A stretch of DNA of 64,000 nt. It comes from the human T2T-CHM13v2.0 reference genome, Homo sapiens. The position numbers were made by a program, and so were the translations under genes. The stretch lies in the NCBI RefSeq assembly GCF_009914755.1, contig NC_060925.1; one strand, written 5' to 3'. Positions 53,147-64,000 of this stretch are shown here, one piece after another (within the stretch, counting starts at the first letter, position 1; every line of letters begins with the position of its first letter). Below the pieces are notes generated by a model, which did no database searches, was not told the DNA's origin, and saw only the letters and a program-made list of their open reading frames with translations.

Positions 53147-55592
53147 ATGAAATTGAAATGGATGGACTCATCATCGAATGGATTCGAATGGAATCATCGA
53201 ATAAAATTGATTGAAATCATCATCGAATGGAATCGAATGGTATCATTGAATGGAATCGAATGGAATCATCATCAGATGGAAATGAATGGAATCGTCATAG
53301 AATGGAATCGAATGGATTCATTGAATGGAATCAGATGGAATCATCGAATGGACTGGAATGGAATCATTGAATGGACTCGAAAGGGATCATGATTGAATGG
53401 AATTGAATGGAATCATCGAATGGTCTCGATTGGAATCATTATCAAATGGAATCGAATGGAATCACCGAATAGAATCGAATGGAACAATCATCGAATGGAC
53501 TCAAATGGAATTATCCTCAAATGGAATCGAATGGAATTATCGAATGCAATCGAATGGAATTATCGAATGCAATCGAATAGAATCATCGAATGGACTCGAA
53601 TGGAATCATCGAATGGAATGGAATGGAACAGTCAATGAACACGAATGGAATCATCATTGAATGGAATCGAATGGAATCATCGAGTGGAATCGAATGGAAT
53701 TATGATCAAATGGAATCGAATGTAATCATCATCAAATGGAATCAAAAATAACCATCATCAATTGCTATTGAATGGAATTGTCATCAAATGGAATTCAAAG
53801 GAATCATCATCAAATGGAACCGAATGGAATCCTCATTGAATGGAAATGAAAGGGGTCATCATCTAATGGAATCGCATGGAATCATCATCAAATGGAATCG
53901 AATGGAATCATCATCAAATGGAATCTAATGGAATCATTGAACAGAATTGAATGGAATCGTCATCGAATGAATTGAATGCAATCATCGAATGGTCTCGAAT
54001 GGAATCATCTTCTAATGGAAAGGAATGGAATCATCGCATAGAATCGAATGGAATTATCATCGAATGGAATCGAATGGTATCAACACCAAACGGAAAAAAA
54101 CGGAATTATCGAATGGAATCGAAGAGAATCTTCGAACGGACCCGAATGGAATCATCTAATGGAATGGAATGGAATAATCCATGGACTCGAATGCAATCAT
54201 CATCGAATGGAATCGAATGGAATCATCGAATGGACTCGAATGGAATAATCATTGAACGGAATCGAATGGAATCATCATCGGATGGAAACGAATGGAATCA
54301 TCGAATGAACTCGAATGGAATCATCATTGAATGGAATCGAATGGAATCATCGAGTGGAATCGAATGGAATTATGATCAAATGGAATCGAATCTAATCATC
54401 ATCAAATGGAATCAAAAATAACCATCATCAATTGGTATTGAATGGAATTGTCATCAAATGGAATTCAAAGGAATCATCATCAAATGGAACCGAATGGAAT
54501 CCTCATTGAATGGAAATGAAAGGGGTCATCATCTAATGGAATCGCATGGAATCATCATCAAATGGAATCGAATGGAATCATCATCAAATGGAATCTAATG
54601 GAATCATTGAACAGAATTGAATGGAATCGTCATCGAATGAATTGAATGCAATCATCGAATGGTCTCGAATGGAATCATCTTCTAATGGAAAGGAATGGAA
54701 TCATCGCATAGAATCGAATGGAATTATCATCGAATGGAATCGAATGGTATCAACACCAAACGGAAAAAAACGGAATTATCGAATGGAATCGAAGAGAATC
54801 TTCGAACGGACCCGAATGGAATCATCTAATGGAATGGAATGGAATAATCCATGGACTCGAATGCAATCATCATCGAATGGAATCGAATGGAATCATCGAA
54901 TGGACTCGAATGGAATAATCATTGAACGGAATCGAATGGAATCATCATCGGATGGAAACGAATGGAATCATCATCGAATGGAAATGAAAGGAGTCATCAT
55001 CTAATGGAATTGCATGGAATCATCATAAAATGGAATCGAATGGAATCAACATCAAATGGAATCAAATGGAATCATTGAATGGAATTGAATGGAATCGTCA
55101 TCGAATGAATTGACTGCAATCATCGAATGGTCTCGAATGGAATCATCTTCAAATGGAATGGAATGGAATCATCGCATAGAATCGAATGGAATTATCATCG
55201 AATGGAATCGAATGGAATCAACATCAAACGGAAAAAAACAGAATTATCGTATGGAATCGAAGAGAATCATCGAGTGGACCCGAATGGAATCATCTAATGG
55301 AATGGAATGGAATAATCCATGGACTCGAATGCAATCATCATCGAATGGAATCGAATGGAATCATCGAATGGACTCGAATGGAATAATCATTGAACGGAAT
55401 CGAATGGAATCATCATCGGATGGAAATGAATGGAATCATCATCGAATGGAATCGAATAGAATTATGGAATGAAATCCAGTGTGATCATCATCGAATGGAC
55501 CCGAATTGAATCATCATCCAACGGAAGCTAATGGAATCAACATCGAATGAATCGAATGGAAACACCATCGAATTGAAACGAATGGAATTATC
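53147..55592 (+). repeat. 2446-bp variant unit with 670-bp internal tandem duplication (A-A-B)
   Basis: Block A ORFs at 53951 and 54621 (+670). Junction GGAAACGAATGGAATCATCGAATGAACTCG near 54285-54314. Confidence 0.9.
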
Positions 55593-57368
55593 ATGAAATT
55601 GAAATGGATGGACTCATCATCGAATGGATTCGAATGGAATCATCGAATAAAATTGATTGAAATCATCATCCAATGGAATCGAATGGTATCATTGAATGGA
55701 ATCGAATGGAATCATCATCAGATGGAAATGAATGGAATCGTCATAGAATGGAATCGAATGGATTCATTGAATGGAATCAGATGGAATCATCGAATGGAAT
55801 GGAATGGAATCATTGAATGGACTCGAAAGGGATCATGATTGAATGGAATTGAATGGAATCATCGAATGGTCTCGATTGGAATCATTATCAAATGGAATCG
55901 AATGGAATCATCGAATAGAATCGAATGGAACAATCATCGAATGGACTCAAATGGAATTATCCTCAAATGGAATCGAATGGAATTATCGAATGCAATCGAA
56001 TGGAATTATCGAATGCAATCGAATAGAATCATCGAATGGACTCGAATGGAATCATCGAATGGAATGGAATGGAACAGTCAATGAACACGAATGGAATCAT
56101 CATTGAATGGAATCTAATGGAATCATCGAGTGGAATCGAATGGAATTATGATCAAATGGAATCGAATGTAATCATCATCAAATGGAATCAAAAATAACGA
56201 TCATCAATTGCTATTGAATGGAATTGTCATCAAATGGAATTCAAAGGAATCATCATCAAATGGAACCGAATGGAATCCTCATTGAATGGAAATGAAAGGG
56301 GTCATCATCTAATGGAATCGCATGGAATCATCATCAAATGGAATCGAATGGAATCATCATCAAATGGAATCTAATGGAATCATTGAACAGAATTGAATGG
56401 AATCGTCATCGAATGAATTGAATGCAATCATCGAATGGTCTCGAATGGAATCATCTTCTAATGGAAAGGAATGGAATCATCGCATAGAATTGAATGGAAT
56501 TATCATCGAATGGAATCGAATGGTATCAACACCAAACGGAAAAAAACGGAATTATCGAATGGAATCGAAGAGAATCTTCGAACGGACCCGAATGGAATCA
56601 TCTAATGGAATGGAATGGAATAATCCATGGACTCGAATGCAATCATCATCGAATGGAATCGAATGGAATCATCGAATGGACTCGAATGGAATAATCATTG
56701 AACGGAATCGAATGGAATCATTATCAGATGGAAACGAATGGAATCATCATCGAATGGAAATGAAAGGAGTCATCATCTAATGGAATTGCATGGAATCATC
56801 ATAAAATGGAATCGAATGGAATCAACATCAAATGGAATCAAATGGAATCATTGAACGGAATTGAATGGAATCGTCATCGAATGAATTGACTGCAATCATC
56901 GAATGGTCTCGAATGGAATCATCTTCAAATGGAATGGAATGGAATCATCGCATAGAATCGAATGGAATTATCATCGAATGGAATCGAATGGAATCAACAT
57001 CAAACGGAAAAAAACGGAATTATCGTATGGAATCGAAGAGAATCATCGAATGGACCCGAATGGAATCATCTAATGGAATGGAATGGTATAATCCATGGAC
57101 TCGAATGCAATCATCATCGAATGGATTCGAATGGAATCATCGAATGGACTCGAATGGAATAATCATTGAACGGAATAGAATGGAATCATCATCGGATGGA
57201 AATGAATGGAATCATCATCGAATGGAATCGAATAGAATTATGGAATGAAATCCAGTGTGATCATCATCGAATGGACCCGAATGGAATCATCATCCAACGG
57301 AAGCTAATGGAATCAACATCGAATGAATCGAATGGAAACACCATCGAATTGAAACGAATGGAATTATC

Positions 57369-58676
57369 ATGAAATTGAAATGGATGGACTCATCATCGAA
57401 TGGATTCGAATGGAATCATCGAATAAAATTGATTGAAATCATCATCGAATGGAATCGAATGGTATCATTGAATGGAATCGAATGGAATCATCATCAGATG
57501 GAAATGAATGGAATCGTCATAGAATGGAATCGAATGGATTCATTGAATGGAATCAGATGGAATCATCGAATGGACTGGAATGGAATCATTGAATGGACTC
57601 GAAAGGGATCATGATTGAATGGAATTGAATGGAATCATCGAATGGTCTCGATTGGAATCATTATCAAATGGAATCGAATGGAATCACCGAATAGAATCGA
57701 ATGGAACAATCATCGAATGGACTCAAATGGAATTATCCTCAAATGGAATCGAATGGAATTATCGAATGCAATCGAATGGAATTATCGAATGCAATCGAAT
57801 AGAATCATCGAATGGACTCGAATGGAATCATCGAATGGAATGGAATGGAACAGTCAATGAACTCGAATGGAATCATCATTGAATGGAATCGAATGGAATC
57901 ATCGAGTGGAACCGAATGGAATTATGATCAAATGGAATCGAATGTAATCATCATCAAATGGAATCAAAAATAACCATCATCAATTGCTATTGAATGGAAT
58001 TCTCATCAAATGGAATTCAAAGGAATCATCATCAAATGGAACCGAATGGAATCCTCATTGAATGGAAATGAAAGGGGTCATCATCTAATGGAATCGCAAG
58101 GAATCATCATAAAATGGAATCGAATGGAATCAACATCAAATGGAATCAAATGGAATCATTGAACGGAATTGAATGGAATCGTCATCGAATGAATTGACTA
58201 CAATCACCGAATGGTCTCGAATGGAATCATCTTCAAATGGAATGGAATGGAATCATCGCATAGAATCGAATGGAATTATCATCGAATGGAATCGAATGGT
58301 ATCAACATCAAACGGAAAAAAACGGAATTATCGAATCGAATCGAAGAGAATCTTCGAACGGACCCGAATGGAATCATCTAATGGAATGGAATGGAATAAT
58401 CCATAGACTCGAATGCAATCATCATCGAATGGAATCGAATGGAATCATCGAATGGACTTGAATGGAATAATCATTGAACGGAATCGAATGGAATCATCAT
58501 CGGATGGAAACGAATGGAATCATCATCGAATGGAATCGAATAGAATTATGGAATGAAATCCAGTGTCATCATCATCGAATGGACCCGAATGGAATCATCA
58601 TCCAATGGAAGTTAATGGAATCAACATCGAATGAATCGAATGGAAACACCATCGAATTGAAACGAATGGAATTACC
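57369..58676 (+). repeat. 1308-bp single-block unit, unusually divergent
   Basis: 1776-468=1308. There is only one 468-bp block (ORF at 58173), and many private substitutions occur from about 57900 to 59255. Confidence 0.9.
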
Positions 58677-61600
58677 AAGAAAATGAAATGGATGGACTCA
58701 TCATCGAATGGATTCGAATGGAATCATCGAATAAAATTGATTGAAATCATCATCCAATGGAATCGAATGGTATCATTGAATGGAATCGAATGGAATCATC
58801 ATCAGATGGAAATGAATGGAATCGTCATAGAATGGAATCGAATGGATTCATTGAATGGAATCAGATGGAATCATTGAATGGACTGGAATGGAATCTTTGA
58901 ATGGACACGAAAGGGATCATTATTGAATGGAATTGAATGGAATCATCGAATGGTCTCGATTGGAATCATTATCAAAAGGAATCGAATGGAATCACCGAAT
59001 AGAATCGAATGGAACAATCATCGAATGGACTCAAATGGAATTATCCTCCAATGGAATGGAATGGAATTATCGAATGCAATCGAATGGAATTATCGAATGC
59101 AATCGAATAGAATCATCGAATGGACTCGAATGGAATCATCGAATGGAATGGAATGGAACAGTCAATGAACTCGAATGGAATCATCATTGAATGGAATCGA
59201 ATGGAATCATCGAGTGGAATCGAATGGAATTATGATCAAATGGAATCTAATGGAATCATCATCAAATGGAATCAAAAATAACCATCATCAATTGGTATTG
59301 AATGGAATTGTCATCAAATGGAATTCAAAGGAATCATCATCAAATGGAACCGAATGGAATCCTCATTGAATGGAAATGAAAGGGGTCATCATCTAATGGA
59401 ATCGCATGGAATCATCATCAAATGGAATCGAATGGAATCATCATCAAATGGAATCTAATGGAATCATTGAACAGAATTGAATGGAATCATCATCGAATGA
59501 ATTGAATGCAATCATCGAATGGTCTCGAATGGAATCATCTTCTAATGGAAAGGAATGGAATCATCGCATAGAATCGAATGGAATTATCATCGAATGGAAT
59601 CGAATGGTATCAACACCAAACGGAAAAAAACGGAATTATCGAATGGAATCGAAGAGAATCTTCGAACGGACCCGAATGGAATCATCTAATGGAATGGAAT
59701 GGAATAATCCATGGACTCGAATGCAATCATCATCGAATGGAATCGAATGGAGTCATCGAATGGACTCGAATGGAATAATCATTGAACGGAATCGAATGGA
59801 ATCATCATCGGATGGAAACGAATGGAATCATCATCGAATGGAAATGAAAGGAGTCATCATCTAATGGAATTGCATGGAATCATCATAAAATGGAATCGAA
59901 TGGAATCAACATCAAATGGAATCAAATGGAATCATTGAACGGAATTGAATGGAATCGTCATCGAATGAATTGACTGCAATCATCGAATGGTCTCGAATGG
60001 AATCATCTTCAAATGGAATGGAATGGAATCATCGCATAGAATCGAATGGAATTATCATCGAATGGAATCGAATGGAATCAACATCAAACGGAAAAAAACA
60101 GAATTATCGTATGGAATCTAAGAGAATCATCGAATGGACCCGAATGGAATCATCTAATGGAATGGAATGGAATAATCCATGGACTCGAATGCAATCATCA
60201 TCGAATGGAATCGAATGGAATCATCGAATGGACTCGAATGGAATAATCATTGAACGGAATCGAATGGAATCATCATCGGATGGAAATGAATGGAATCATC
60301 ATCGAATGGAATCGAATAGAATTATGGAATGAAATCCAGTGTGATCATCATCGAATGGACCCGAATGGAATCATCATCCAACGGAAGCTAATGGAATCAA
60401 CATCGAATGAATCGAATGGAAACACCATCGAATTGAAACGAATGGAATTATCATGAAATTGAAATGGATGGACACATCATCGAATGGATTCGAATGGAAT
60501 CATCGAATAAAATTGATTGAAATCATCATCAAATGGAATCGAATGGTATCATTGAATGGAATCGAAGGGAATCATCATCAGATGGAAATGAATGGAATCG
60601 TCATAGAATGGAATCGAATGGATTCATTGAATGGAATCAGATGGAATCATCGAATGGACTGGAATGGAATCATTGAATGGACTCGAAAGGGATCATTATT
60701 GAATGGAATTGAATGGAATCATCGAATGGTCTCGATTGGAATCATTATCAAATGGAATCGAATGGAATCACCGAATAGAATCGAATGGAACAATCATCGA
60801 ATGGACTCAAATGGAATTATCCTCAAATGGAATCGAATGGAATTATCGAATGCAATCGAATGGAATTATCGAATGCAATCGAATAGAATCATCGAATGGA
60901 CTCGAATGGAATCATCGAATGGAATGGAATGGAACAGTCAATGAACTCGAATGGAATCATCATTGAATGGAATCGAATGGAATCATCGAGTGGAATCGAA
61001 TGGAATTATGATCAAATGGAATCGAATGTAATCATCATCAAATGGAATCAAAAATAACCATCATCAATTGGTATTGAATGGAATTGTCATCAAATGGAAT
61101 TCAAAGGAATCATCATCAAATGGAACCGAATGGAATCCTCATTGAATGGAAATGAAAGGGGTCATCATCTAATGGAATCGCATGGAATCATCATCAAATG
61201 GAATCGAATGGAATCATCATCAAATGGAATCTAATGGGATCATTGAACAGAATTGAATGGAATTTTCATCGAATGAATTGAATGCAATCATCTAATGGTC
61301 TCGAATGGAATCATCTTCTAATGGAAAGGAATGGAATCATCGCATAGAATCGAATGGAATTATCATCGAATGGAATCGAATGGTATCAACACCAAACGGA
61401 AAAAAACGGAATTATCGAATGGAATCGAAGAGAATCTTCGAACGGACCCGAATGGAATCATCTAATGGAATGGAATGGAATAATCCATGGACTCGAATGC
61501 AATCATCATCGAATGGAATCGAATGGAATCATCGAATGGACTCGAATGGAATAATCATTGAACGGAATCGAATGGAATCATCATTGGATGGAAATGAATG

Positions 61601-64000
61601 GAATCATCATCGAAGGGAAATGAAAGGAGTCATCATCTAATGGAATTGCATGGAATCATCATAAAATGGAATCGAATGGAATCAACATCAAATGGAATCA
61701 AATGGAATCATTGAACGGAATTGAATGGAATCGTCATCGAATGAATTGACTGCAATCATCGAATGGTCTCGAATGGAATCATCTTCAAATGGAATGGAAT
61801 GGAATCATCGCATAGAATCGAATGGAATTATCATCGAATGGAATCGAATGGAATCAACATCAAACGGAAAAAAACGGAATTATCGAATGGAATCGAAGAG
61901 AATCATCGAATGGACCCGAATGGAATCATCTAATGGAATGGAATGGAATAATCCATGGACTCGAATGCAATCATCATCGAATGGAATCGAATGGAATCAT
62001 CGAATGGACTCGAATGGAATAATCATTGAACGGAATCGAATGGAATCATCATCGGATGGAAATGAATGGAATCATCATCGAATGGAATCGAATAGAATTA
62101 TGGAATGAAATCCAGTGTGATCATCATCGAATGGACCCGAATGGAATCATCATCCAACGGAAGCTAATGGAATCAACATCGAATGAATCGAATGGAAACA
62201 CCATCGAATTGAAACGAATGGAATTATCATGAAATTGAAATGGATGGACTCATCATCGAATGGATTCGAATGGAATCATCGAATAAAATTGATTGAAATC
62301 ATCATCGAATGGAATCGAATGGTATCATTGAATGGAATCGAATGGAATCATCATCAGATGGAAATGAATGGAATCGTCATAGAATGGAATCGAATGGATT
62401 CATTGAATGGAATCAGATGGAATCATCGAATGGACTGGAATGGAATCATTGAATGGACTCGAAAGGGATCATTATTGAATGGAATTGAATGGAATCATCG
62501 AATGGTCTCGATTGGAATCATTACCAAATGGAATCGAATGGAATCACCGAATAGAATCGAATGGAACAATCATCGAATGGACTCAAATGGAATTATCCTC
62601 AAATGGAATCGAATGGAATTATCGAATGCAATCGAATGGAATTATCGAATGCAATCGAATAGAATCATCGAAAGGACTCGAATGGAATCATCGAATGGAA
62701 TGGAATGGAACAGTCAATGAACTCGAATGGAATCATCATTGAATGGAATCATCGAGTGGAATCGAATGGAATTATGATCAAATGGAATCGAATGTAATCA
62801 TCATCAAATGGAATCAAAAATAACCATCATCAATTGGTATTGAATGGAATTGTCATCAAATGGAATTCAAAGGAATCATCATCAAATGGAACCGAATGGA
62901 ATCCTCATTGAATGGAAATGAAAGGGGTCATCATCTAATGGAATCGCATGGAATCATCATCAAATGGAATCGAATGGAATCATCATCAAATGGAATCTAA
63001 TGGAATCATTGAACAGAATTGAATGGAATCGTCATCGAATGAATTGAATGCAATCATCGAATGGTCTCGAATGGAATCATCTTCTAATGGAAAGGAATGG
63101 AATCATCGCATAGAATCGAATGGAATTATCATCGAATGGAATCGAATGGTATCAACACCAAACGGAAAAAAACGGAATTATCGAATGGAATCGAAGAGAA
63201 TCTTCGAACGGACCCGAATGGAATCATCTAATGGAATGGAATGGAATAATCCATGGACTCGAATGCAATCATCATCGAATGGAATGGAATGGAATCATCG
63301 AATGGACTCAAATGGAATAATCATTGAACGGAATCGAATGGAATCATCATCGGATGGAAACGAATGGAATCATCATCGAATGGAAATGAAAGGAGTCATC
63401 ATCTAATGGAATTGCATGGAATCATCATAAAATGGAATCGAATGGAATCAACATCAAATGGAATCAAATGGAATCATTGAACGGAATTGAATGGAATCGT
63501 CATCGAATGAATTGACTGCAATCATCGAATGTTCTCGAATGGAATCATCTTCAAATGGAATGGAATGGAATCATCGCATAGAATCGAATGGAATTATCAT
63601 CGAATGGAATCGAATGGAATCAACATCAAACGGAGAAAAACGCAATTATCGAATGGAATCGAAGAGAATCATCGAATGGACCCGAATGGAATCATCTAAT
63701 GGAATGGAATGGAATAATCCATGGACTCGAATGCAATCATCATCGAATGGAATCGAATGGAATCATCGAATGGACTCGAATGGAATAATCATTGAACGGA
63801 ATCGAATGGAATCATCATCGGATGGAAATGAATGGAATCATCATCGAATGGAATCGAATAGAATTATGGAATGAAATCCAGTGTGATCATCATCGAATGG
63901 ACCCGAATGGAATCATCATCCAACGGAAGCTAATGGAATCAACATCGAATGAATCGAATGGAAACACCATCGAATTGAAACGAATGGAATTATCATGAAA

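Larger units (their letters stand above)
1..64000 (+). repeat. Human Satellite 2 (HSat2/HSATII) tandem array, 1776-bp unit, chr1q12-type (D1Z1/pUC1.77, HSat2A2); GGAAT-rich strand is +
   Basis: Seen: continuous GAATGGAATC(ATC)1-2/GAATCGAATG motifs with abundant TCGA; unit anchors at 188, 1964, 3740, 5514, 7290, 9681, 11454, 13230, 15006, 16782, 18558, 20334, 22110, 23886, 25662, 28033, 30401, 32177, 33949, 35725, 37501, 39277, 41053, 42956, 45324, 47100, 49003, 51371, 53147, 55593, 57369, 58677, 60453, 62229, 63995. Known: CATTCGATTC-rich 23/26-bp motifs define HSat2, and a 1.77-kb EcoRI period is characteristic of 1q12. Confidence 0.97.

Noticed and set aside
8449-53400. Apparent ~21-kb super-period (tracts at +20720 and +20970)
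   Set aside because: The two spacings differ, the intervening unit orders differ, and the second spacing includes the recent 6047-bp duplication (14923 without it).
188-63998. Some 200 + strand ORFs (MEWN/NGIEW/MESS-rich, 61-163 aa) that look like a tandem gene cluster
   Set aside because: They are translations of GGAAT/CGAAT/ATC repeats. They overlap in several frames, recur with the repeat period, are opened or closed by random single-base variants, and show no recognisable domain. Similar database 'proteins' are known spurious satellite translations.
1-64000. CRISPR-like or other prokaryotic repeat system
   Set aside because: There are no unique spacers, no constant repeat-spacer period and no cas or other genes. 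The sequence is primate classical satellite.
1-64000. HSat3 (e.g. DYZ1, chr9) or alpha satellite
   Set aside because: Pure GGAAT runs are only about 3 copies long, CGAAT/ATC 23-26-bp motifs dominate, and there is no 171-bp period or CENP-B box.

Overview
The whole 64 kb is one uninterrupted, single-orientation classical satellite array: human Satellite 2 (HSat2/HSATII), built from diverged GGAAT/CGAAT pentamers with ATC spacers. It has no protein-coding genes, RNA genes or mobile elements, and all listed ORFs are translation artefacts of the repeat. The dominant unit is 1776 bp with one EcoRI site, matching the 1.77-kb chromosome 1q12 pericentromeric unit (D1Z1/pUC1.77, HSat2A2). The chromosome assignment rests on recalled knowledge, not on an alignment. 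Anchoring on ATGAAATTGAAATGGATGG gives 34 complete units: 21 of 1776 bp, 4 with small indels (1774, 1773, 1772, 1766) and 9 structural variants (2391, 2371, 2368 x3, 1903 x2, 2446, 1308). Each standard unit is an 840-bp segment plus two diverged 468-bp blocks (A, B). I found no new gene system. What is of interest is the array's recorded history: a near-perfect 6047-bp tandem duplication, a divergent third block (C, 615 bp), single-block ~1.3-kb units that may be ancestral relics, reused junctions, long-range paralogous tracts and unit-to-unit variation in DUX4-type motifs. Coordinates were counted by eye and may be off by a few bases.
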